Positions 27,913-37,866 of a stretch of DNA of 64,000 nucleotides are shown one piece after another. Source of the DNA: an uncultured Actinomycetes bacterium. Lineage in GTDB: Bacteria > Actinomycetota > UBA4738 > HRBIN12. The translations under genes and the position numbers were made by a program. The notes beneath the pieces are model-generated. The model did not search any database and was not told the origin of the DNA. It saw nothing but the letters and a program-made list of their open reading frames with translations. Positions within the stretch are counted from its first letter, which is position 1. Every line of letters begins with the position of its first letter. Location: NCBI GenBank assembly GCA_963704885.1, contig CAVPIB010000001.1, forward strand, positions 64,001 to 128,000, in the 5' to 3' direction.

Positions 27913-29496
27913 TCACCCTTCGCACGTCACGCATGTCAGATCCCAAGTGGTTACCCACGTCACGGAGGGGCCCTGCATATTCGTGAGCGTCGCTTCCGCA
28001 TGCGTCGGGCTCGTCTTGGGGATAGGGCTCCCGTTGGTGGTGACCACGAGCTGCGGGAACAGGAAGCCCGCGTCCGTCACCGTTCCGGTGAACTCTGCGT
28101 GTGGTTCCGAGACGCCGCACCCGGTGACGTCGTAGGTGCCGGTAACCGATCCATCCTCCGCGACGACTAGCTGAACCGTGCCCCGGACGTCGACCGGGTT
28201 GCCGCACGGGCCACCCGGCGGCGGGGTGGTCACGGTGCTATCGATCGTGCCTTCCCAGACCTCGCCCGTGTAGTAACGGATGCAGTTCTTCGACTCCGTG
28301 CCGTCGAAGCCGACGCCGGTGGCGCACAGTTCGATCACCGGCGGGGCGTCGGCGGGAACGATGTACTCGGTGACCAACTCCGCGAGCATGCGACGAGGAT
28401 CGCAGGCCACGGGCTGGTCGCTCCCCGAGCGGTTCCCGACCGACTCGAGCAGATCGCTCCCGTCGTCGACGTAGAGCGTCCTAACCCCGAGCGCCGGAGG
28501 CATCACGAAAGCGATCGCGTGGATGGCGATCCGATCGCCCGGTTCGACGTGGCTCCCCGCCTCCGGTATGCCCTCGAGGTCGGCGAGCAGCACCTCACCC
28601 AGATCGGGCAGCGTGAAGTCCTCAGACCCGTTCGCGCTGCCGGTCGCCTCGAAGTGGACAACGGTGCCCGGCATGTCGGTGCCACCCGCGAGGGAGCAGA
28701 CATCGACTTGGCCGTAAAGGTGGTTGTGCAACGCTTCGAGATCGTCGGACGACGCGAGCGTCGTCGGCGGCCCCGAGACCGTCGCCGTGAGCGTGCCCGT
28801 CGTGCAAGGGCCCACCCACACCGCGCGCGCCTTCACGTCCTGCAACGGGACCGTGCCCGGATAGATGATGTCGAACGTGCACGTATCGGCCTGCCCTTCC
28901 TCCAGCGGGGGCGGTTCACCGCCGAACTCGTCCCACCAGCTGTCGCCCGCGTCCGGCACGTTCCAATCTTCGTCGCCGGAAGCAGCCTGGGCGGTCGCGC
29001 CGGTCTCCGACCCCACGGCCTCTCGCACCACCCACGGCGTGTGGACGACATACCCGTCCATCGTGGCCTCCGTGTCGTAGATGCCCGGGGCGAGGCCGGT
29101 CGGAGCCACCGCCTGCGAGAACGCCTGGCCGCCCCCCGGCCCAACGGCGATCTCGTGCGTGAAGAGCGCCTCACGTTCCTCCAGTCCCGCGACCCGGTAC
29201 CACGAAACGACCACCGTGGAGCCTTCATCGAGGTCTGCGAGCCCGATCACCGCGGTCACCTCGGCGTCCTGCGTCGTGAAGGTCAGCGTCGGACGGACCT
29301 TGGGGCTCTCCCGGTTGACGTGACCGGTGAAGGCGATACCTCGCAGGGGTCCGTCGGGCTGCAGTGCGTCGGTGACGCTGAACGCGTTCGAGACCCCGTC
29401 GCTCTCTCCGCTCGGGTCGGGTGATCCCCCGCTGCACGCGGATGCCAGGATCAGTACGAGAGGCATCAGTCTGCGGACCCCTCGCAACATCGTCAC
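27913..29496 (-). CDS. Large hypothetical lipoprotein
   Basis: Lipobox LASAC; beta-rich, acidic, several Cys; GTGA overlap with the vapC stop. Confidence 0.7.
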   Translation of the reverse strand: MTMLRGVRRLMPLVLILASACSGGSPDPSGESDGVSNAFSVTDALQPDGPLRGIAFTGHVNRESPKVRPTLTFTTQDAEVTAVIGLADLDEGSTVVVSWYRVAGLEEREALFTHEIAVGPGGGQAFSQAVAPTGLAPGIYDTEATMDGYVVHTPWVVREAVGSETGATAQAASGDEDWNVPDAGDSWWDEFGGEPPPLEEGQADTCTFDIIYPGTVPLQDVKARAVWVGPCTTGTLTATVSGPPTTLASSDDLEALHNHLYGQVDVCSLAGGTDMPGTVVHFEATGSANGSEDFTLPDLGEVLLADLEGIPEAGSHVEPGDRIAIHAIAFVMPPALGVRTLYVDDGSDLLESVGNRSGSDQPVACDPRRMLAELVTEYIVPADAPPVIELCATGVGFDGTESKNCIRYYTGEVWEGTIDSTVTTPPPGGPCGNPVDVRGTVQLVVAEDGSVTGTYDVTGCGVSEPHAEFTGTVTDAGFLFPQLVVTTNGSPIPKTSPTHAEATLTNMQGPSVTWVTTWDLTCVTCEG

Positions 29497-29879
29497 CAGA
29501 TGGTCGGCGCCGGGTACGACCGGACCTGCCGATCGCCGCTGACTAGCGGCATGTCTTCGGCCAACGCCTGGGCGATCAGGATGCGATCGAACGGATCGCG
29601 ATGGAGCTCAGGAAGCGATGTGAGCCCGAACGTGTGGCGCATGGTGATAGCGAGTGGCTGGAACGCGTTCTTCTCTAGATGGGTCGAGATGAACTCGTCC
29701 CACGGCTCCGGGATCGGAAGGCGTCCGAGCCGTGACTTGGTGGCGATCTCCCACGCGGAGGCGGCGCTGACGAACACTTCGTTGTCGCCGGCAGCGATGG
29801 CACCGCGTGCCGGAGCGGACAGCCGCTCGTCGTCTGTGATCCACCATAGGAGCGCGTGGGTATCGAGGAGGACCCTCAT
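29493..29879 (-). CDS. vapC: VapC/PIN toxin
   Basis: LLDTH, SAASAWE, HRDPFDR, LVSGD. Confidence 0.92.
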   Translation of the reverse strand: MRVLLDTHALLWWITDDERLSAPARGAIAAGDNEVFVSAASAWEIATKSRLGRLPIPEPWDEFISTHLEKNAFQPLAITMRHTFGLTSLPELHRDPFDRILIAQALAEDMPLVSGDRQVRSYPAPTIW

Positions 29880-30106
29880 CCCCACTCGGCCAAGACATCT
29901 TCGGGCAGCGGCTCGTCGAAGTCGGTCGGCACCACGAACATCCCTTGCGCGCTACCCGGGTGTCTATCACCAGCTTCCGGCGTGATCGGGACCAACTTCG
30001 CGACCGGCTTGCCTGCCTTCGCGATCACGACCTCCTCACCGAGGAGCACACGCTCGATCAGCTTCGAGAAGTGCGTCTTCGCATCGTGGATGTTCACGCT
30101 CGTCAC
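29876..30106 (-). CDS. Phd/YefM antitoxin
   Basis: VNIHDAKTHFSKLI...GEEVVIAKAGKPVAKL. Confidence 0.92.
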   Translation of the reverse strand: MTSVNIHDAKTHFSKLIERVLLGEEVVIAKAGKPVAKLVPITPEAGDRHPGSAQGMFVVPTDFDEPLPEDVLAEWG

Positions 30107-30118
30107 ATCTCAAGGATA

Positions 30119-30140
30119 GACTGAAGTCGCCGACTAAGTC
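30119..30140. promoter_or_regulatory. Tandem palindromic operator of the Phd-VapC operon
   Basis: GACTGAAGTC and GACTAAGTC just upstream of the antitoxin start. Confidence 0.55.
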
Positions 30141-30169
30141 ACTGCGCCAGGGCCACCAGGCAGCCCCGA

Positions 30170-30485
30170 CTAGCCGGCGTGGCGATCGAGGTGCACGTCG
30201 ATGCGGGCTCCCAGCGCGTCGAGTCGACCATCGACGGAATCGAAGCGTGCGTCCATCCTCGCCTCGAGCGAATCGAAACGGCCGGAAAGCGAATCAACAC
30301 GACCCCCGAGGGCGTCGATCCGGCCATCGAGCCTGGCGCCAAGAGCATCGATCCGGCCCGAGAGCGTGTCACCCTGGGTGTCGATTCGGTTCCCTAATGC
30401 GTCGATGCGAGAACCAAGAATGAACAAGGCGATCAGCGGAGAGGGCCCCAAGAAGGGCGATCGCACCCCACGTCGCAGCCACCAT
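30170..30485 (-). CDS. Small TM-anchored coiled-coil repeat protein (probable frameshift near the 5' end)
   Basis: Repeats RIDAL/RVDSL/RFDSL. ATG 30485 gives hydrophobic MVAATWGAIALLG, one base out of frame with LIALFILGSRIDAL. Confidence 0.6.
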
Positions 30486-30558
30486 GAGGGCACCGTAACA
30501 CTGCGGTCAGGCGGAGACCGTGACGGGGCTCACACCCTGGCGAAGTTCTGGCTCGGAG

Positions 30559-30956
30559 CTACTCGCCCCAGCCCGGCCACGGATCGCGGAGCTCCGGCAG
30601 CGTCTGCCAGTACTCGCGCAGATCGGTGCACAGGCCGTCCTCGTCGAACCGCATCAGGAGACAGCCGGGCAGCGTGACGGCTCACCGCCCGCCAGCATCC
30701 GCGTCCAGAACTCCACGATCACGCGGTCGCCCTCGATCACCGGCTGGCCCATCCACACCTTCACGTCGGACTGCACGGCGGTGACGGTGCTCCAGTACTC
30801 CTCGACGCCCTGCCGCCCGCGGTACGGCTCCTCGAAGATGTTCGATCGGTAGGACGAGTCCTCCGCGAACAGCGCGACCGCAGCCGGCGTGTCGGCGTTC
30901 TCCCACGCCTGCCGGTACGCCTCGGCCCACGCGATCACCTGAGTCGTCGTTGGCAT
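30559..30956 (-). CDS. NTF2/SnoaL-like protein, 1-nt frameshift near 30680
   Basis: MPTTTQVIAWAEAYRQAWEN...VEFWT continues in another frame as VTLPGCLLMRFDEDGLCTDLREYW...WGE*. Confidence 0.8.
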
Positions 30957-31063
30957 GTCTACCTCCCTCCCGTCCCCTTCGGGCGGGTGAAGCCGGTCGC
31001 GACCACGGTGGCCTTCCCCGCTTCGATCGCGCAAGTGAAGCAGAGCCGGACTGCGTTGCGGAC

Positions 31064-31233
31064 AACCACCAGGCCTTCCGCGCGACCGCACGTCATGCAC
31101 GGACCGGCTTCGGCGCTGTCTTGCACCAGCCACTCCTCCGGCTGAGAGGACCACCACCAGGCCCGCGCGGGCGCACGTCATGCAAGGACCGGCGACGGCG
31201 CTGTCCTGCGTCAGCCACTCCTCCGGCTGGTCA
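31064..31233. repeat. Two tandem ~85-bp intergenic repeats with internal hairpin (REP-like)
   Basis: CGCACGTCATGCA(C/A)GGACCGGC...GCGCTGTC(T/C)TGC...CAGCCACTCCTCCGGCTG at 31087-31144 and 31172-31229, each preceded by ACCACCAGGCC. Confidence 0.8.
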
Positions 31234-31242
31234 ACCACGTCT

Positions 31243-32819
31243 CTACTCCAGGTAGCCCAGGCCGCGGAGGTGCTCTTCCATCTCGTCGGCCTCGGTGTCG
31301 CTGACCGTGGGCTCCTCGGTCGGCGACCTCCACGGTGCCGGCGACGGCCTCGGACTTCACGCTGGCCTCCGAGCCGACGACCTCGGCCAGGACCGAGCCG
31401 GTGTGCTTGATGCCGGCGGGCGCGTCGAGCGCGGCCAGGATCGTCGGGGCCATGTCGATCAGCAGGGGCGTGGTCGCGAACGGCTGCACGCGCGGTCCCG
31501 CCGCCACGATCACGCCGTCCATGCGGTGGTCGCCGCTCACCCAGTCGGCGTCCTCGATCGCGGACTTCGCGTGCGTTAGCGAGTACCCCTCCGCCGGCTC
31601 CATCAAGATGTCGGGCGCGGTGTCGGCGTGCTTGCCCTTGAACACGTCCTCGCGCTTGAAGATCGCCTTCACCGGCCTGCGGCCCGTCTTCGGATCCACG
31701 AACGACGACAGCCGATCCATGATCTTCGCGCGCACCTCCTCGTAGTCCGCCGGGTCCACCACGCCGTCGGGCTCGCGCCCCGCCAGGTTGATCGACACGC
31801 CCTCACCCGTGGAGCGGATCGACGTGTAGGCCTGCGACTTGGACCAGTTGACCGACTGCGGCAGCGAGACCTTGCCGTGCAGGCCGAGCTTGTCGTACAC
31901 CTTGCGCGCGACGTTGCGCACCGGTCCCCACTGCATGGGCCCGAACACCACGTTCGAGGCCGAGAACTCCAGGTAGCCGAACTGCTTCAGCAGGTGATCC
32001 ATGTGCAGCGCGCGCGTGCAGCTCTGGAACCCGTGGTCGCTGATGAACAGGACCAGGTCGTCGGGCTTGGCGCGCGACAGGAACGAGCCGATCGCGTCGT
32101 CGAGCTGCTTGTAGATGCTGCGCGTCTTGGCGCCGATCGCGGTGGTGGTGTTCTTCGCGAAGTCGGGATGGTCGGGGGCGACGTAGTTCGACAGGCAGTG
32201 CTGCGTGCGGTCCACGCTCACCCAGACCGTGGCGAACAGGTCCCAGTCGGTGTTGTCCATCAGCCACTCGCTGGCCTTGATCCGCTTGCCGGTGACCGCG
32301 AGCGCCTCGTCCAGGTACGCGTCGGGCCGGTTGCGGTACGTGGTCCAGCTCATGCCGTTGATCGGCCACTCCAGCCCGGCCTTCTGCAGCGTGTCCAGGA
32401 GGTCGGCGGGGTAGCTGACGCTGCGGCCCTTCGGCAGGACGCCGCCGGCGATCAGGTGCCCGGTGATGTCGGGCGGCGGGAACGTGAGCGGGACGTCCAG
32501 CAGGAGCTGCTGCTTGCCGGCCGCGGTGAGGTCGGCCAGGAACGTGCGCTCCTTGATCGACTTGTAGGTGACCGGGTACGCCTTGTGGGTGCCGGGGACG
32601 GTCTCGAGGATGTCGTAGACGCCGTGGTCGGCCGGGTCGACGCCGGTCAGGAAGCTCGGCCACGCGGCCCACGAGTGCGTGGGGATCGTGGACTTCAGGA
32701 CGCTCTTGCTGCCCCCGGTCGATCAGCGCCTGCAGGTTCGGCAGGTCGCCGCGCTCGAGGAGCGGGTCGAGGATGCGCCAATCGGCGCCATCCCACGCGA
32801 TCAGGATCACTCTGGACAT
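31243..32819 (-). CDS. Alkaline phosphatase superfamily (type I phosphodiesterase/nucleotide pyrophosphatase) protein, two frameshifts
   Basis: IAWDGADW, STIPTHSWAAWPSFLTG, ISDHGF, GDHRMDG, IDMAPTIL, LRGLGYLE*. Frameshifts at the C-run 32712-32716 and near 31325. Confidence 0.85.
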
Positions 32820-32918
32820 GCTTGACGGTCTCCGAGGTCGGGAACGCCCCGGAGTCTATCGAACGGAGTGGGGGTCGAACTCTCTCTCCAATCGACGACG
32901 ATGCCGACGTGGAACGTC

Positions 32919-33021
32919 ATGGCAGTCGTGCTTGCCCAGATACCCGTCGGCTGGTCGATTGAGCAGAACACCGCTGCAATGCTGTCTGCGTTGCACGCGG
33001 CAATGACCTGGCGATCTCGTT
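32919..33021 (+). pseudogene. Possible N-terminal remnant of a carbon-nitrogen hydrolase
   Basis: MAVVLAQIPVGWSIEQNTAAMLSAL...PGDLV resembles the nitrilase-family N-terminus and stops at the island edge. Confidence 0.4.
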
Positions 33022-33040
33022 GGACACTCGCCTCAGGCCG

Positions 33041-35520
33041 TCAAGATAGGTATGACGCTTCTGTCAGAATCCCAGCTACGCCTTCCAAATTCTGTAGCTC
33101 TGCCTCAACCGCGAAAAAACATGCCAGCCAGCAAGAGGCTCCGCTCTCTTCACTTCAACCTTCTTCTTCCCCCTCGTAATGGCGATGAGCTTCTCGAAGA
33201 AACGCGGGACCTCCCCTCTCTGGTAGACCTCTCGAATCGTCTCCATCGGAATCTTCGAGCAATTCAGGATTCTCCAAGGTGGTAACCGCGACAACGGGGA
33301 ACTGAATCCGTCTTACTTCCCTTCCCCCTTTTCACCCTGCATGCTTTCTGAGTAGGCGTCGCGAACCTGGCTAAGAGCGTCCTCGCGAAGATCGAGGAGC
33401 ACAATGAGCTTGTTCTCAGAGGACTCGCCCCCCAATGACACGGAAGCGCACCCCTTCAAGTTCAGCCAACAGACTAGGAGCAGACTCGAGGGAGGTCCGC
33501 CAGGGGCTCCCTGTTCTCTCTTCAGCCTCATCGAGGTTCGCGCTGCTCCGATACCCATTCTCGGCAATCCACGAATCGACAGCCACAGCGATGGCCACTT
33601 TCCGTTACGTGCTCGCCCAATTGGGCAATCGTTTGTAGCCCTCGGCGACTTCGAAGCGTGGAACTGCTGTGCGCGATCGAACGCTTTCGACCTGCGAGTT
33701 GAGAGTCCGCACCACCTCAATCTGTGTCTCGCTAGCACTCAAGTCCGCACCTGCCGCTAGCGCGTTATCAACCATCGTTAGGACACGGTCGCCAACGCGA
33801 CAAAGTCCTGCTCGAAACGAGTTAGCACACCATCCTTCGCGACGTCTGCATCCGGATAGGGCGGCTCTTCGAGGAGTTGGTACTCCTCGCGTTCAGGTTC
33901 CTCCGCCTTCCCCCCTCAGCAGCGGACCCTCCAGGGCAAACACCTGGGTGTAGTGTCGGCGCTCAAGTCGAGCGAGAAGACGCTCAGAGGTCGCACCGCG
34001 ATGTCAGTTCGGGGCCCGCTCATCGAGGCGCGCGGTCCAGGGCCACTCCTCAGCGTTGGGGATCCGATAGTCGTCGACCGCCTCACGAAACTACCCTCCT
34101 CCAACAGCCTGCGCGCGACAGCCCTCGGGACAGCCACAACGCCTGGTTGTAACGAGCTTCACGCGAAGAAGGCCGGGCCGACTCGTCGAAGGTTGCGCCG
34201 ACGAATTTTTGGAGTCCGGCGAGCCGTCGTTCTACCAGGTTGGCGGATTCCCTTCGCGGAATTCACTACCAATTTCGCCTGACTGACGCGCTACAAGGAC
34301 AGGCTCCGTCCCATCGTGTTCAACCAGTTCGTCAACAAGATTGAGCAGATCGAATATGTGGTCCCCAGATTCCCAACTCAGGTAGTTGCGCAACATCCTG
34401 TACGCCGGGTCAGACTGCGGAGCACTCATTCGTTCCACTCTGTCCAGGAGCTGTTCGACTTCACTGTAGTTGAGTGCGTGGATGTAGATGCGATCGGAGA
34501 ACAGGTGTGCTCGGGAGGATAGAGCGATTCGCCACGCTTGGCGTCGAAGGATGCGTCAAACTCCTCGCTCGCAACGAAGAAGAAGATCCCCGACCCCAAG
34601 GTAAAGAAGCTCTTGAGCGAGGAGACAATCAAGCTCACGGCTTCGATCTGAGATGACCCGTTCAGATCAGCTTATCGAGCTGGTCGTGACAAACACTCCT
34701 CTGAAACCTTGGTCGCTGAGCTCTTTGATAAGCGTTCGCAATTCAGCGAATCGAGCGAGTCCGGCGAGGGGGTTCGAACACCCCGATTCCGGGTTGCGGA
34801 CGACTTGGCGGTAGCGGACTCCGCAACGGATTCCTTGGTGTTGGTCTCTGTCCTGATCGTGATGCCAAAGGCGATTGCCAATGCAATCAGCACGACCCGT
34901 GAGATCACCCCCCATGGCGTGCCAAGCTGGTCTCCAACGCGGAGCGCAACTGCCGTGGCGCCAGAAGCGGCCAGTAGGGCGAGGGCCGGACCAAACACCA
35001 ACGCAATGACCCTGGAAAACGTGAACGTTGTAACCCTGCTGGCTGAACTCTCCCGTGCTGCCTCTGCCTTTACCAAGCTTTCCGCCACGCGATGCTCTGA
35101 GAGGTCCGAAAGATACGTCTTCTCGTAGGTCTGCTCTATCGCCGCCTTCGTCCGTGCCTTGATCTTCTTGGAATCCTTAACCGCGAAGTGCAGGCCACGA
35201 GCCAACGCTCCACAAAACCCGCGCTCGGGTGGCCTGCCGGTCCTCACTCCGTGTGTAGACCTGCGGCAAGGTCAGCTCGACGATAATTGGCTTTACTGAA
35301 CCGGACGCATCGGCGCGGCGCAGCGCCTCTCTGATGAGAGCACTCTTCCCCACGCCTCGATGGCCAGACACGAGCACCGTCGCCGCATGTCGTCGGCTAA
35401 GTACATGGGTCAATCTCCCCAGCTCTCTTTCGCGACCCACGAATCCTATGGAACTGCTAAGAGGTTCCCGTACTCATGCTTGAGCGGAACCCTTACACCA
35501 ACTTCAGGCCCATTGACCAC
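33041..35520 (-). CDS. KAP-like P-loop NTPase with two TM helices (about 800 aa when fragments are joined; many frameshifts)
   Basis: FVGRERE, Walker A GHRGVGKS (~35350), two hydrophobic helices (~35010-34860), Walker B-like GVFVxDQLDKL (~34690), then further coding fragments down to a TGA at 33041. Confidence 0.7.
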
Positions 35521-35610
35521 GCCTCGCCCCCTCGAATGGGTGCAACACATGAAGAGTAGACCGATTCACTGACACCGAACGGGACGGAGCCTCCAAGGCT
35601 GTATGCATCC

Positions 35611-35638
35611 TTGTACTCCGGGAGCCCGCGGCTACCAT
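35611..35638 (+). promoter_or_regulatory. Putative promoter for a leaderless RT transcript
   Basis: TTGTAC-N16-TACCAT, 8 nt before ATG 35647. Confidence 0.4.
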
Positions 35639-35646
35639 GGCAATCG

Positions 35647-37249
35647 ATGAGCAAGCTTCAAGAGATCCTGCCGTCGCTGGATCTCGAGATCGCACTCGTT
35701 GAGGCTTCGAGGCGCTTGGACATGCTCCCTCCCCGTCCAGACCAGGGAGCGGGGGGAGAAGTTGGCCAACGCTTCTTGGCGGCGCTTCGCTATGAAATTG
35801 ATCGCGGGCTACACCTCACAGAACCGGCAGTAATCATCTCGGTTCCCAAGCGAGGGCTCGACACGAGACCAGCCGCTCTAATGACGCTTGCAGACCGGAC
35901 CATGTACCACGCTCTAGTTGGCAGATCGCGCCAAGGATCGAACGGACGATTCTCCCGGTGAGCGTTGTCTTCGCGGGTCGGGAACAACTCCCCGGGGTGA
36001 CTGGAGGGACTTTGAGCGGGCTCCACTTGCAGCCGCGCCGGAGTATGTCGTGATGGCCGATGTTTTTGGCTACTACCAATCCATTTCGCATGCCGTATTG
36101 ATGAATCGGATCGTTGCTGCGACGGGAGATCAACCGGTGCGGAGGCACTTGGAGAGCACTTGGCAGCAACGATGGGAGCCCAATCCGGCATTCCCCAAGG
36201 AAGTCGCGCGTCGGATACGCTCGCTACTCTGTTGCTCGACCCTATCGATCGCGCCATGCTTCGCGCTGGATACGACTACTTCAGATTTGGTGACGATATT
36301 CGTATTGCAGTTCCTTCCTTCGATGAAGGGCGTCGGGCGGTCGCACGTCTCGAGGGGGAGCTCCGGCAGGCGGGACTCGCTCTCAATGGCCCCAAAACCA
36401 AAGTCCTGAAGCGGTCAACATATGAGACCCAGCTGACAGAGCTCGACGACGCACGAGACTCACTCAAGGACCGACTGGTCGCCGCGCGCCAGGAAGCTCT
36501 ACAGGACCAGATCGAATCAGCCGAGTCGATTGAAGAGCTTGAAGGAGTTCTGACGGGATGATCCTTTGGGAATCTATATTCCGGCGAGGTCGAGGTCGAA
36601 GAGCTTGTCAGGCGAATGTCGCCCCTCCTGGAGCCCGATGTCGACTGAGGTGGCAGAGGAGTTGTTCGCTGACACAATGAAGCGAGCTCCGTGGTCCACC
36701 AACAAGCTCCGAAGAGAGAGCTTTCACGGTCGCTTGTTGCGCTCGCTCACCTATCTCACGACGGTGAGATCACCAGCAGCCTTGAATGATGCTCCATTGA
36801 TTCTCTATCGTCTTCCGGACGAGACAAAGGAGATGGCACACTACCTCTCAGCGGTGGCACCCGAGAATCGCGACCGGGTCCAAGCCATCATTGAGCGGGC
36901 TCTCACGAGAGGCACGTTCCGTCACGACTGGCAGGAGGTATGGCTCTACGAAACCCTGGCAAATGCTCTGCCGCTGAGCCAACCTTTGATCGAGTACCTC
37001 AACAGCGTCGCTGATAGCGAAGATCGCACCTGGTCTTTTGTGCGCGCTCGTGCACTACTCCTGCTTGCCCGTGCAGGTATCGGAGATAGACGTCAGCTTG
37101 AACGAGCGTGGCAATTGGCCCCCGCCCCTTTCAAGACAGACGTAATCGCAGCGGTGACTTGGCTGAAGACCAAGTTCCCGTGGGCAGACCAATTCCTTCA
37201 AGCATCGCGGACTGACCCTGTGCTCGAAGTTGTTGCTCGACCAGGGTGA
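35647..37249 (+). CDS. Reverse transcriptase (UG/Abi-like) with alpha-helical C-terminal domain, about 530 aa, multiple frameshifts
   Basis: Ordered RT motifs across frames: VPKRGLDTRP, ADVFGYYQSISH, GIPQG, YFRFGDDIRI, GLALNGPKT, followed by a helical region (DWQEVWL, VRARALLLLA). Confidence 0.85.
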
Positions 37250-37328
37250 CGGCAATCCAGGATCGATCCGCCGAGCTCAATGGAAGCGAAGGTCAGAATC
37301 CCCCGGAAGGAGGAGACGTGTGAGAGTC

Positions 37329-37764
37329 ATGTCAGCGGCACGCGCTACGCTTGCCGATGTGCAAGGTGAGCGGCAACTGCCAGAGGTGGCATTCGTGCCT
37401 CCAAATACGGCACCAGCATCTTCGATTCGGTCGGGCCTCAGCTGGGTTCTCAAGTGGACACAAGCCCATGGTGGGTCGCCAGTCGTCATGAGCCCTACGC
37501 GAAGCAACGCCGGATATGACCCTGCCACTAGAAGGGCCATGAGCGAGTTGAGGTGGGAGACACCGCAGACAATCGAACGTGGGCAGTATTGGCAGGGAGG
37601 CGCCGTACTTGCCATCTGGCTCCCCTTGTCCGATATCAAAAAGCTCGAAGTCGACGCTCGCGTTGCGGCCCTCTGCGTAATTCCTTGGACGTTGAGAAAT
37701 CCATCCATGGATTGAGGAACGGACTCCAACTGCCCTCAAGTACGATTCAGCCCGGGACGACTAG
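37329..37764 (+). CDS. Hypothetical protein downstream of the RT (probable frameshift near 37695)
   Basis: SD AGGAGG upstream; GGAVLAIW...LCVIPW, continuing as EIHPWIEERTPTAL...* in the next frame. Confidence 0.55.
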
Positions 37765-37829
37765 ATCTGCAACTCAAGGAATCACGCCCCGCCACGTGTT
37801 TGAGTTCGTGTCGCCTGACTGAGAATCGA

Positions 37830-37860
37830 TTGAACCTAACGTAGCGTCAGGCCGTACCGT
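37830..37860 (+). promoter_or_regulatory. MerR-type promoter (19-bp spacer with dyad)
   Basis: TTGAAC-N19-TACCGT with dyad CCTAACG-TAG-CGTCAGG; ATG 6 nt downstream (leaderless). Confidence 0.8.
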
Positions 37861-37866
37861 GGCTGC

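Noticed and set aside
34768-34785. GGGGTTCGAACACCCC tRNA-like hairpin
   Set aside because: It lies inside the NTPase coding region with no other tRNA arms.
35647-37249. Retron, group II intron or DGR assignment of the RT
   Set aside because: No VTG motif, no msr/msd-like inverted repeats in the short upstream gap, no intron domain V/VI or maturase domain, and no template/variable repeat pair seen.
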